Shown here: positions 1 to 12,200 of the stretch, piece after piece | Layout: every line of letters begins with the position of its first letter | Numbering within the stretch: position 1 is the first letter of the stretch | DNA from: an uncultured Poribacteria bacterium | GTDB lineage: Bacteria > Poribacteria > WGA-4E > WGA-3G | NCBI GenBank assembly: GCA_958296135.2 | Contig: CATQHZ020000001.1 | Coordinates: forward strand, 3,008,001 to 3,072,000 | Length of the DNA stretch: 64,000 bases | Direction: 5' to 3' | Program-made: the position numbers and the translations under genes | Notes under the pieces: generated by a model | The model's database searches: none | What the model was told of the DNA's origin: nothing | What the model saw: only the letters and a program-made list of their open reading frames with translations

Positions 1-1184
1 CGCAAGGCAAGTTTGCCGATGCAGAGAAGCACGCGCAAAACGCAGTCTTGCTTCTGCCGAAGGCAGCCGAACCTTTTTTACGATTAGGCGATATCTACGT
101 CCAACGAGGCAAATTGACGGCGGCGCAGCGGGCGTATCAGAAGGCCATCGCGCGGGATGCCTCCCTCGCGGCGGGATACCACGGTGCTGGACGCGTCGCT
201 TTCATGCGGAATCGGCTGGAGGAAGCTGTGCAATTCTATCAGCGAGCGATTGAGCTCGCGCCCTATCCCGCCGAGCCATACTACAACCTCGCTATCGCCT
301 ATCGCAAACTCAAGAGAGGAGAGGCGGCGAAATCTCAGCTGGCTGCTTTCCGGCGGCTGAAAACGTATCAGGAACGCACGCATCGGTATCGGCGGATGCT
401 GCAAGAACATCCGAACGCGCTGGAACCGCGCATGAAGTTGGCAGAGGCGCACCTCAAAGTCGGCAATCACGAAAAGGCGATTCATACCTACCAAATCGCG
501 GCGGCGTTGCATCCCGAATCCCTTCCGCTTTACCACAACTTGGGCGGGCTCTACATACAAAGCGGGCAGTTTGCATCGGCGATTTCGGCGTTTCAACGCG
601 TTATTCAGTTGGATAACGGCGATGCTGAGGCGTATCTCCACCTCGGCTGGCTTCACGCACGCCAACGTCAATTTGCGGACGCTGTCTCCTATTTGCAAAC
701 CGCTATCGAGAAGAATAACGCTTTAACCGCCGCTTACTATGGACTCGCCGAGGTATATGTTCAGCAAGGTAAGCACACCGATGCCATTGAGATATATCGC
801 GAATTAACGAGGCTCCATCCGGCCGACGCGCAGGCGTGGGTGCGGCTCGGCGTGTTGCATATTAAAATGGAAAAATTTCAGGAAGCTGTCGCTGCCTTTG
901 AACGAGCCATCGCGGTAGATGAGAATTCGGCGGATGCCTATAATAACCTCGCGTGGCTTTATGCAACGCGCGGCGAGGAACTGACGCGCGCTGGCGCATT
1001 GGCGGAACGCGCTGTCGCATTGGCGGAAAACGCTGCGCGTTTGGACACCCTCGCTTATGTCTATTATCGGCAGGGCGCATACGCGGCAGCGGAGCAAGCC
1101 ATCTTACGCGCCATCGCTTTAGCCCCGAATAACAGTGCCTACTCGGCGCGCTTGAAAGAAATCCGGGAGGCAAAAAAGCAGTGA
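1..1184 (+). CDS. Tetratricopeptide repeat protein (5'-partial; frame is open from the window start)
   Basis: About 10 TPR units (e.g. AEPYYNLAIAY, AEAYLHLGWLH, ADAYNNLAWLY); no stop in this frame upstream of position 48. Confidence 0.9.
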   Translation, partial: QGKFADAEKHAQNAVLLLPKAAEPFLRLGDIYVQRGKLTAAQRAYQKAIARDASLAAGYHGAGRVAFMRNRLEEAVQFYQRAIELAPYPAEPYYNLAIAYRKLKRGEAAKSQLAAFRRLKTYQERTHRYRRMLQEHPNALEPRMKLAEAHLKVGNHEKAIHTYQIAAALHPESLPLYHNLGGLYIQSGQFASAISAFQRVIQLDNGDAEAYLHLGWLHARQRQFADAVSYLQTAIEKNNALTAAYYGLAEVYVQQGKHTDAIEIYRELTRLHPADAQAWVRLGVLHIKMEKFQEAVAAFERAIAVDENSADAYNNLAWLYATRGEELTRAGALAERAVALAENAARLDTLAYVYYRQGAYAAAEQAILRAIALAPNNSAYSARLKEIREAKKQ

Positions 1185-2899
1185 TAGGCTATCGGCACCT
1201 AACAAACCCCGTAGGCGCGTTTTGGGGCCCGCGTGCTTACAAAGCGCGCCTACCGGGAACTCTCTTTATCTGCATCGCGATGCTCCTAAACCCCTTCAGC
1301 GTGACAGGAAGCCCTGTCACATTCGTTGAAGTTGCTGAGGTATCAGGCATTCATTTCCAACACACCGATGGCAAGAGCGGCAGACGGCTTTTTAACGAGC
1401 AATACGGCTCGGGCGGCGGTTTTTTTGATTACGATAACGATGGCTTTCTTGACATCTATCTTATCAATGCGCGCCCACAAATAACAGAAACAAACGGTGA
1501 AATGCCAACGAACATTCTCTATCACAACAACGGCGATGGCACATTTACCGATGTCACCCGTTCGGCCGGCGTAGGCGACACCGGCTACGGCGTGGGCGCG
1601 ACTACCGGCGATTACGATAACGATGGGGACGTAGATATCTACGTGACAAATTTCGGAACGAACGTTCTTTACCGTAACAACGGCGATGCCACCTTCACCG
1701 ATGTCGCGCAGACTGCGAACGTCGCCGATATGAAGTGGGGCACCAGCTGCGCATTCGCTGATCTGGACAGTGACGGGTTTCTTGAACTTTACATCACCAA
1801 CTATGCCGATTATTCTCCTGTCACAGATAAACCGTGCAACCGGCACGGCATCTCAGTTTACTGCGGCCCTCACACTTATCCGCCGCAATCCGATAGTCTT
1901 TACTATAACAACGGCGACGGCACTTTCATCGAACAAAGCGGCTTCTCAAACGTTCCGGCAGCACATGGACTTGGAGTCGCCATCGGAGATATTGACAACG
2001 ACGGTGATGCCGACATCTACGTCGCGAATGACCAGGGTTTCAACTACCTCTTCCAAAACCGAGGCGATGGCACTTTCGAGGAGATAGGCCTGCTTGCCGG
2101 CGTCAGTTGCAGCGACATGGGAAAAGAGGAGGCAGGGATGGGTGTCGCTTTCGCCGATTACGATAACGATGGCCGACTTGACGCAACGGTGAGTAACTTC
2201 CAGAATGAAACCAACACGCTCTATCACAACGAAGGCGACAATTTTTTCATGGATACCACGATTCCTGCAGGCATCGCAGAGCATACGCATCGCTACCTCG
2301 GATGGGGCATCGGTTTTTTCGATTACGACAACGACGGTTACAAAGATATTTTTGTCGCGAACGGGCATACGATGGATAACATCGCCGAAGTAGACAGGGC
2401 TACGACTACGCCGCAGCGGAATCTGCTCTTCCGGAATTTGGGCAATGGACAGTTTGCGGATGTCACGGCTCAGCTGGGCCCAGGATTCGCGCTACGGAAG
2501 GTGAGCCGTGCCGCCGCTTTCGCCGATTACGATAGCGATGGCGACATCGATATCCTCGTAACGAACTGGAATCAGCCCGCGGATCTGCTCAGAAACGATG
2601 GCGGCAACCGGAACAATTGGATACAGATACAAGCTGTCGGCACGCAAAGTAACCGTTCGGCGATCGGCGCGCGCATCAAGGTAGTCGCAGGCGAACTGAC
2701 GCAATACGCGGAGGTGCAGAGCTCCGGGAGTTATCTCGCTTTCAGTGATTTGCGCGTCCATTTTGGTTTAAAAGATGCCGAGGCTGTGGCACTGATAGAA
2801 ATCCGTTGGCCGAGTGGGACAACGGATACTGCCACGCAGCTCCGGGCGAATCAACGCTATATCGCCGTTGAAGGTGCTGAGATTGTGCCGTTTCGGTAG
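1181..2899 (+). CDS. CRTAC1-family FG-GAP/VCBS repeat protein with C-terminal ASPIC/UnbV domain
   Basis: Repeated DYDNDGxxDI motifs; C-terminal AIGARIKV...HFGL...IRWPSG; GTGA overlap with the TPR gene. Confidence 0.9.
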   Translation: MIGYRHLTNPVGAFWGPRAYKARLPGTLFICIAMLLNPFSVTGSPVTFVEVAEVSGIHFQHTDGKSGRRLFNEQYGSGGGFFDYDNDGFLDIYLINARPQITETNGEMPTNILYHNNGDGTFTDVTRSAGVGDTGYGVGATTGDYDNDGDVDIYVTNFGTNVLYRNNGDATFTDVAQTANVADMKWGTSCAFADLDSDGFLELYITNYADYSPVTDKPCNRHGISVYCGPHTYPPQSDSLYYNNGDGTFIEQSGFSNVPAAHGLGVAIGDIDNDGDADIYVANDQGFNYLFQNRGDGTFEEIGLLAGVSCSDMGKEEAGMGVAFADYDNDGRLDATVSNFQNETNTLYHNEGDNFFMDTTIPAGIAEHTHRYLGWGIGFFDYDNDGYKDIFVANGHTMDNIAEVDRATTTPQRNLLFRNLGNGQFADVTAQLGPGFALRKVSRAAAFADYDSDGDIDILVTNWNQPADLLRNDGGNRNNWIQIQAVGTQSNRSAIGARIKVVAGELTQYAEVQSSGSYLAFSDLRVHFGLKDAEAVALIEIRWPSGTTDTATQLRANQRYIAVEGAEIVPFR

Positions 2900-2975
2900 G
2901 AGAGGGCGGCTCCCGGTTTCGCCGCGCAAAAATACAAGAGGCATCCGGCATGCCTCTGGAAAAATACGTTTAAAG

Positions 2976-3004
2976 TTGACTTTAATCACTACACGTGGTA
3001 TAAT
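2976..3004 (+). promoter_or_regulatory. sigma70-type promoter of groEL
   Basis: TTGACT-N17-TATAAT with an extended -10 TG. Confidence 0.7.
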
Positions 3005-3036
3005 TAAACATATTCTACACTATTTCAAACCCATAG

Positions 3037-4683
<1,647 letters not shown>

Positions 4684-4696
4684 ACGAACAAACCGG

Positions 4697-4723
4697 GTAG
4701 GCGCGCTTGCAACGCGCGCCTAC
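4697..4723. repeat. GTAG-type REP palindrome (family GTAGGCGCG..CGCGCCTAC); related copies near 1211, 5309, 12752, 19793, 21871, 45705, 50937
   Basis: GTAGGCGCGCTTGCAACGCGCGCCTAC hairpin, recurring through the window. Confidence 0.8.
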
Positions 4724-4765
4724 GGCCCGAGAAACCGCAGGGGGGATGCAGCCGCTGAGCTGCCC

Positions 4766-5221
4766 TTACGACGCATTCGGCTGGAACCGCGGTTCCAACC
4801 CGCTATCCCAATCACAATCGAGACAGAACATCTCCGCCGGTCCCAAATATTGGATGCTCTTGCTGCCACACGCTGGGCATGTCGTTATCGGCTTCTCCCG
4901 CTCGCGATTCTCGCCCCGGATGTCAATCTGGAAGATTCTCAGCTGCCCCGGGTAGCGATGCCCCATCGGGCAGCGGATCAGGTGCAGAGCATCGTTCTCA
5001 AAGCGCGCGATTGTCTCCCGTAGGAACGTCAACCGGCCGTGACAGACTGGGCACGGGTTAGGAGTCAATTCCTTCACGATAAGCACGTCCGTGTTGTCCT
5101 CGCGAATGGTGACGTTCAAGGCGAGGTGCTGCGCCGGCCGGGGTTGCGGCGTGTTTTTGGAGAGTTCCGTGGCGATGTCCGCGTAACTTTCGGGGCTCAG
5201 CACCACCTCTGTCGGAATCAT
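4766..5221 (-). CDS. Hypothetical protein with Zn-ribbon-like Cys pairs
   Basis: CPVC...CPMGH and CPAC...CLDC; start moved to ATG 5221 (the upstream extension runs through a REP). Confidence 0.65.
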   Translation of the reverse strand: MIPTEVVLSPESYADIATELSKNTPQPRPAQHLALNVTIREDNTDVLIVKELTPNPCPVCHGRLTFLRETIARFENDALHLIRCPMGHRYPGQLRIFQIDIRGENREREKPITTCPACGSKSIQYLGPAEMFCLDCDWDSGLEPRFQPNAS

Positions 5222-5364
5222 CGTTCCGCCTTTCAAACTAGAGAGAAGCCGATAGATGCGTTCTAATATCACATGTAGACTCCATAGGATAGACGCAGCC
5301 CCAACTCCGTGGGCGCGGTTTGCAACCGCGCCTACCTGGGGCCCCAACGAAACTTGTGCAGTAC

Positions 5365-5739
5365 CTAAATTGTTCTCTCAGTGGGCGGGTCTGGGATAAG
5401 TGGCCGTTCGGCAGAGCGGGCTAACGGAGATGTCCCCCGTTGGGCGCGATACGCTTCCGCTGGCTGATTGCGCAGCAGCATCAAGTCATCGCCATCCCGT
5501 TCAATGACATCGTTCGGCATTAACGTCGTCTCAAATTTCCGCATGCTTGTGCTGAAATTGATAGTCACGCGTGCCTGCGCGTTCATTTGGATGCGCCAGC
5601 CGGTATCCGTTTTGACGCGGGTAAATCCTTTCCCAATATCAATAGACTGCACCTGGGCTGCGTTGATGATAACCCCACTCTCCGCCTGCATCGGATGCGC
5701 TGTTTCAGTGGCAATGTCGGTTCCGTTTTCTTCAGCCAT
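5365..5739 (-). CDS. Hypothetical protein
   Basis: ORF with GGAG RBS before ATG 5739; upstream minus-strand promoter TTGACA-N18-TAGAAT (5799-5770). Confidence 0.6.
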   Translation of the reverse strand: MAEENGTDIATETAHPMQAESGVIINAAQVQSIDIGKGFTRVKTDTGWRIQMNAQARVTINFSTSMRKFETTLMPNDVIERDGDDLMLLRNQPAEAYRAQRGTSPLARSAERPLIPDPPTERTI

Positions 5740-5967
5740 GTCGTGCTCCATGTTTTTGAAGTTTGTCACATTCTACCACACGGGTTTAACAATTGTCAAC
5801 GAAAAAACGGAACGCTTCAGTTCTCTCCTCTGTAGTTCGGGCTCGCCCAACTGCGCAGGAAACCTGAACAGTGGACATTTCTGCAAAAAGATGGACGATA
5901 AGGAAGCCCCGAGCGTCTTAACAGACGTGTCCTTGCAGAGATGACGGTTTCCTGAACGTAAATCGCC

Positions 5968-5997
5968 TTGACATTAATAGTGCAATCAGGTTATAAT
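5968..5997 (+). promoter_or_regulatory. sigma70-type promoter
   Basis: TTGACA-N18-TATAAT upstream of the 6025 operon. Confidence 0.65.
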
Positions 5998-6024
5998 GTT
6001 TTGTGAAAGGAATCATAAACAAAT

Positions 6025-8409
6025 ATGCGATTCACCTATTTTTGGCCCGGATGGGCAGTTGCACTCGGAATTGTTATCGCGATTGGCGTGACAACGCTTG
6101 TGTATCAGCGGGTAGCCCGCCCGTTGCGTACGTGGCACACATTTTTATTAATTGCACTGCGGGTATGCGCTCTGGCGATTCTGCTCGGCTGCTTGTTAGC
6201 CCCAGTCATCATCGAAAAACGGGACATCACGCCGCCGACGCATCTCTCCGTTTTAGTGGATACCTCGCAAAGCATGCGGCTGACAGATTCAGGCACTGTG
6301 TCGCGGCTCAATCAAGTCAATCAACTTTTGTTTGGGAGCGGCGATGAGGACGGGAGCCCCTTCCTCCAAGCGTTAACAGCGAAGTTTGAGGTGCATGTCT
6401 ACCCGTTTGACACAAGGCTTCATCAAGGGGTGATGACAGAAGATAGCGAAGAGGGGCAACCAATACAGTGGCTTAAACCGGCGGGCGCGCTTACGGACAT
6501 CGGGGCGGCTCTGCAGCAAGCGGATGCGGCGTGGAAGGGGCAACAGCGCGCCGGCATCGTGCTTCTCACTGATGGCGCGCAGAACGCAGGCGAGTTTCCT
6601 ATGGCGGCACTCGTCGCGTTGCAAATGCCTGTCTACGCAATCGGCGTGGGTGCCATTGAGCCGCCAAAGGATATTCAGATTCAGTGGGTTGATGTCGCAC
6701 CGGTGGCTTACACGGGACATGAACATCTCATCCGCGTCACGATTGCGCAAACGGGGTATACCGGCCAAACGACGCGGCTCGCTTTGCGGGAGCGGAATAG
6801 CCAACGTCTCGTCGCTTCAACAACGGTGACGCTTGCAGAAAGTTCACAACAGATTGAATTCAGCCTGACACCAGAGAGGGAGGGACATTTTCAATATACC
6901 CTCACGCTGCCGACGCTTGATGGCGAGTTGACAGCAGAAAACAATGAGAAAACCTTCGCGCTCAAGGTAGTCAAAGCAAAACTCAGTGTCTTTTACCTAG
7001 AAGGGGTGCCGCGGTGGGAGTATACGTTCCTGAAACGTGCGTTGGAGCGCGACCCGGATATTGAATTCACTTCGGCCCTCTTATCCAAACGGCCTGCCCC
7101 CGAATCGGTGCTCAATCGCTCTGATGGCTACTATCCACAAGTCTTGGGCGATGCTGCACGGCGAGGCACAGGCTCTCGCCCGACGATGCAAGAGGCGAGC
7201 ATCCAGCGATTTCCTGAAACGCGCGAGGCACTCTCTCAATACGATGCACTGATTTTCGGCGACGTGACAGCGGAACATCTCACCGATGCACAACAGCAAC
7301 TCATCGTTGATTTCGTGGAGACAGAAGGCCACGCCGTTATCTTTCTGCCTTCCCGGAACGCGCTCGGCAGGAATGGACTCGGCGCAACCGAACTCACGCG
7401 ACTTTTGCCCATCTCAATCCCTGCCACGGGATGTGCGATGTCGGAGGCGGAGTTTACCGTGCAGTTGACGCAGGCCGGGGCGTTTCATCCGATATTGCAG
7501 CTTGCTGGTGACTCCCGGCGCGGCGAGAACCGGGCCCTCGTCCGACGGGGTAACCTAGCACCGAACCGGAACGCCGTGTTCTGGCGAAATTTGCCGGCAC
7601 TTTCTCGGCTCTTCCGCGGTTTTCAACTGAGAGGCGGCGCGACGGTGTTTTTAGAGACAGGAAAAAGCGAACCCGTAATGATTTTTCAGCGGGCGGGCCT
7701 CGGGAAAAGCCTGCTCTTCGCCGCGGAGGGTTTATGGCAGTGGGATTTCGGCGTTTCAGACTTCAAAGATGAACGGTATCTCACCCTCTATCCGCAGTTT
7801 TGGGCCCAAGCCCTCCGATGGCTGGGCACCACGAACACCGATGAAAACCGGTTATACTTGACAACGGATGCATCGACGTATGCGACAGGTGAGACGGTTC
7901 AGGTGACTGCGCAGGTGTATTCCGAAACGTATCAGCCTCAAACGGGGGCTACGGTTCACATTGAGGTTACGCCCCCGGAAGGCGCGCCTTTCCAACTTCG
8001 GACGACAACGATTTCTGGCGGGGTGAACGGACGCGAGGGACTACGGGCCGGACAAGAAAACCGATACACGGCGCAATTTGAGGCGCGAGAGAGGGGGACT
8101 TACCACATCCGCGCCACAAGCGGGGCCGGCAACACAGATAAAACCGAAATTTACGTTCAGCCGCAACTTGCCGAATTGGAGACACCGCAGTTGAACGAAG
8201 CGTTGCTCAAGCAGCTCGCATCGCAAACCGGGGGTGCCTATTTTGCCATTTCGGAGGCAGCGCAACTGCCTGAAAACATCGCGTTCGTTCAAGACCCGGT
8301 TTTTGTAGACACCGAGCGCGACATCTGGGCACATCCGCTGATTTTCATCGCCGTAGTCGGGTTGCTCGGCACAGAATGGGTGTTCCGCAAACGGATCGGA
8401 TTGACTTAA
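6025..8409 (+). CDS. Membrane-anchored vWA-like / class I glutamine amidotransferase-like domain protein (type associated with MoxR-vWA clusters)
   Basis: N-terminal TM helices, VLVDTSQSM (MIDAS-like), LLTDG, LEGVPRWEYTFLKRAL, C-terminal TM ending EWVFRKRIGL. Confidence 0.75.
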   Translation: MRFTYFWPGWAVALGIVIAIGVTTLVYQRVARPLRTWHTFLLIALRVCALAILLGCLLAPVIIEKRDITPPTHLSVLVDTSQSMRLTDSGTVSRLNQVNQLLFGSGDEDGSPFLQALTAKFEVHVYPFDTRLHQGVMTEDSEEGQPIQWLKPAGALTDIGAALQQADAAWKGQQRAGIVLLTDGAQNAGEFPMAALVALQMPVYAIGVGAIEPPKDIQIQWVDVAPVAYTGHEHLIRVTIAQTGYTGQTTRLALRERNSQRLVASTTVTLAESSQQIEFSLTPEREGHFQYTLTLPTLDGELTAENNEKTFALKVVKAKLSVFYLEGVPRWEYTFLKRALERDPDIEFTSALLSKRPAPESVLNRSDGYYPQVLGDAARRGTGSRPTMQEASIQRFPETREALSQYDALIFGDVTAEHLTDAQQQLIVDFVETEGHAVIFLPSRNALGRNGLGATELTRLLPISIPATGCAMSEAEFTVQLTQAGAFHPILQLAGDSRRGENRALVRRGNLAPNRNAVFWRNLPALSRLFRGFQLRGGATVFLETGKSEPVMIFQRAGLGKSLLFAAEGLWQWDFGVSDFKDERYLTLYPQFWAQALRWLGTTNTDENRLYLTTDASTYATGETVQVTAQVYSETYQPQTGATVHIEVTPPEGAPFQLRTTTISGGVNGREGLRAGQENRYTAQFEARERGTYHIRATSGAGNTDKTEIYVQPQLAELETPQLNEALLKQLASQTGGAYFAISEAAQLPENIAFVQDPVFVDTERDIWAHPLIFIAVVGLLGTEWVFRKRIGLT

Positions 8410-9087
8410 ATGCACAGAGTAAACAAAGGTTGGGTTTGTTCCATCATGATTTGCGCGGCGATGCTGCTTCTGCAGCACGGTTTGTCTGGCGGACAACGAT
8501 TCACTATCGCGCAGGTTCAGTACAGCGGCGGTGGGGATTGGTACGGAGATGCCACCGTCATCAGCAATTGGTTGCGGCTCCTCCGCGCCCGCGCCGCCAT
8601 TGAAACCGCTGAAGACAGGGTGATTCTGAAACTGACAACTCACACGCTTTATAACTACCCGATGCTTTACCTCGTCGGGCATGGAAATATCCGGCTGACA
8701 GAAAGTGAAGTGGAGATACTTCGGCACTATTTGACGCACGGCGGTTTCCTTTTCGTCAACGACGACTACGGTTTGGACGAGAGTTTTCGGCGCGAAATGC
8801 GGCGCGTGTTTCCGCAGCAGGAGCTGGCCCCTATCCCGAACGCGCATCCGATTTATCACTGCTTCTATGAGTTGCCGGGACTCCCGAAGATTCATGAGCA
8901 CGATTCGGAACCGGCGCAAGGGTTCGGGCTCTTTCACGATGGACGCATGGTAGTTTACTACGTCTACAGTTCGGACATCGGCGATGGCCTTGAGGATGCA
9001 GATGTGCATCCAGAGGATACGCCGGAAGTGCGGGAACTCGCTGCGAAAATGGCGGTGAACATTGCGGTTTATGTCCTTACCCATTAA
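8410..9087 (+). CDS. DUF4159 domain protein
   Basis: YSGGGDWY, YPMLYLVGHG, GGFLFVNDDYG, DIGDGLED, MAVNIAVYVLTH. Confidence 0.85.
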   Translation: MHRVNKGWVCSIMICAAMLLLQHGLSGGQRFTIAQVQYSGGGDWYGDATVISNWLRLLRARAAIETAEDRVILKLTTHTLYNYPMLYLVGHGNIRLTESEVEILRHYLTHGGFLFVNDDYGLDESFRREMRRVFPQQELAPIPNAHPIYHCFYELPGLPKIHEHDSEPAQGFGLFHDGRMVVYYVYSSDIGDGLEDADVHPEDTPEVRELAAKMAVNIAVYVLTH

Positions 9088-9200
9088 CCGGAAAAATGTC
9101 AGGCGAGGGGCAGAATCTCGCTGACGAAGGCTGTCGGGCACTCAGCCGTCAAAAGACAGGCTCTCGCCCCACAAAATCGGCACTATTTTAGGAGAGAAAA

Positions 9201-12200
9201 GTGGAAAAACACACCGTGAATGAGGCATACGAAAAGGTTATCGTCGCAATCCGCGCCGTGAGACGGACGTGGCGATGGCTCATCTTTTCTGAAGGCGTGC
9301 TGATGTGCATCGGCATCCTCGCGTTCGCGATGACAAGCGCGCTCGTCTGTTTTCAGTTACCGCTGCCGCGCTGGATGCGCATGGCAGTTATCGTTTCCTG
9401 TCTCGGTGTCGGCATTTGGACGCTCATCCGATTCATTCTCCGGCCGCTGCTCCGCAAACTGACAGACGCTACGGTAGCATCGCACCTTGAGAAAACCGAG
9501 CCTGCGTCCCAAAGTCGCATTCTCAGTGCAGTGCAACTCAAGGGAACACTAACCGCTAACCGATTCGGGTATGCGCCCGAGTTTGTCGAGCAGTTAATTT
9601 TTGAAACGGCGCGCGAAGTTGAACGGATTCAACCTAAGCAGGTTTTTGCGAGCGAGTATCAGCATATCAAGCGGAACGCAGGGCTGGCCGGGCTCGCAGT
9701 GGGGCTGCTGCTCATCACCCATTTTCTGTGGTTGCCTACCGCTTTCAAAGGGTTCGCGCAAACCTTCCGTGCTATCCCGAAAACACCCCAGGAAGTACTG
9801 CAAGTTCAAATTTCGGACGTTCACCCCGGAGACATCAACATTGAGCGTGGCACGGGTGTGACTATCACGGCGAATGTCAGCGGGCATCTCGGCGCACCGG
9901 TCGCGCTCTATTATCGGATTGGCAATCAAGCTGGAGAAGGCGCGCCTACCGAATGGCACGCGCTGGAGATGCACCGCAGCCCGATTGAAATTCTCTACAG
10001 CATGACGATTGAAAACGTCGATAGGACGTTGCAATACTATATTTCGACAAAAGAGGTTACCTCCGAGCAATATCAGATTACGGTGAACCGTGAGCCGGTT
10101 GTCAAGCAGTTCCAAATTCGGCTCAACTATCCGCCCTACACGCAACTTCCATCGCAAACGCTTGAAGTGAACAACGGCGATATCCACGCGCTCTTCGGGA
10201 CAGAAGTCGTCTTCACCGGCGAGAGCAATAAGCCGCTCGCCTCGGCATTTTTAGACTTTGAGGAAAGCGAGGATGTGCCGTTAGCAATTACAGATGTTCA
10301 GGAATTTGCAGACGCTGGTGAGCCCGAGGCACGGCCAGACACAGGTTTCCCTCGCATCGATGGCACCTTCATCGCGCAGAAAAGTGAAAATTACAGCATA
10401 CGTCTGACAGCTGTTGAAGGTAACCTCACGAACCGCGCCCCGATTCGCTATACCGTCAATGTCATCAAAGATGCCGCACCGGAGGTTGACATCGTTGAGC
10501 CCGCGCGCGACAGCGTGTTAGACGATGCGATGTTCGTGGAACTCAAGGTAGAGGCAACAGACGACTACGGCATCCAAGAAATTCAACTCGTCTATCGGAT
10601 TGAAAGAGAGGACGCAGCAGAGGTGAACGTGCCGCTGCACGCTCCCACCGCGCGCCTCCCGAAGCGGCAGTCCCTGTTTTTGACATACACGTGGGACGTG
10701 GACGCAGTTGGCATGTTTCCCGGCGAGACGCTTGCCTATTACATCCAAGCCCTGGATACCGATAATGTGTCAGGACCGAATGTCGGCAAATCGCTCACCT
10801 ACACGCTCCGCTTCCCATCGCTCTCCGAAATGTATGATGCAATTTCTTCCGAACAGCAAACGGAACAGCACGGCATTGAGGAACTCTTTGACGAACAGGC
10901 GGAAGCCGCTGGTTTGGTAGACACGCTCCTCCATAAAATCCGAAAAAGTCAACAACTGACGCTCAAAGATGAAAACCTGATGCAACAGGTGATGGATACG
11001 CAGCAACAGATTGAGGAGGCCGCGACGCAACTCGTCGAAGATATGAAGCAAACCGCGGCGGAGATGGAAAAGAATCAACTCTTCGACCGGGAGACACTCC
11101 AGAAGTATCAGGAGCTCCAGGAATTGATGGAGGAGGCACTCTCGGAAGAGCATAAGGAACTTTTGAAGAAGTTGTCGGAGGCATTGGCGGAACAAGAGTT
11201 AACCGAGCAGGAGAAGGCGTTGATGGAGGCGAATCTGAATCAAGAGCAGTTCTTGCAACAATTGGAACGCGCGAAATCACTCTATGAACAGCTCCTCCTG
11301 CAACAAGAACTTGAGGCCGCCGCGAAGCAGGCGGAAGCGCTCGCCGAACAACAGCAGCAACTGATGGATACGTTGGAGGCGATTGAAGACGGTTCGCACT
11401 CTCCGCAAGAAGGAAACCCCACGGATACACCGCAAGACTTAGCGCAAAAAGAAGACCGGGTGGGCTCGGAGGTCGCGCAACTTCACGAAAAATTGGACAG
11501 TCTCGGTGCGGATATGGGGAAGTTGGCAGAGAAACAAGACAGTGAAACAATCGGGGCCCCGCCGCAAATCGAGCGGCTCGCCGATGAAATCAAGCGGCTC
11601 AATCAGTTCGCGCAGGCACAGAAACTCACCGAAACGCTCCAAGGCACAAGTGCTAACTTACGAAGCGGGCAAAACCAGCAAGCCCTTCAATCGGGACGAG
11701 AAGCGCAGCAGACGCTTACCGAACTCGCGCAAGGTTTGGATAACGCATTAGAATTCATGGAAGGTGCGAACGCTAATGCGACACAGACAGCGATGCAACA
11801 AGCCGTCTCTAGCGCGCTGCATCTCTCGCACCTCCACGAGAAAGTACTGGAGCAGACGCAAACCTTATCCGCAACCGCAGCAGCAGACCGGCCCGTTGAT
11901 GGAGAAATCAAGCGGATGCAACAACTTGCCGCCGAAGAACTCAGTGCTGCAGAAGGGCTCGACCGGCTCGCAACGCAGCTATGGGAACTCGGCACCCGCC
12001 AGATGGAAGTAGACCCGGGTATTGTCCGCTCCCTCAACGCCTCAAACGACGCGCTTTCTCGCGCAGCACGCGCGTTAGAGGATAGGCAACCAGGGCTCGC
12101 CGTGCCTATCCAACGCGCCGCCCTCGCAGAACTGAACGCAGCAATTTTTCAACTGCTCAATGCCATGGCACAGATGAACCAGCAGATGGGTGCCAGCGGC

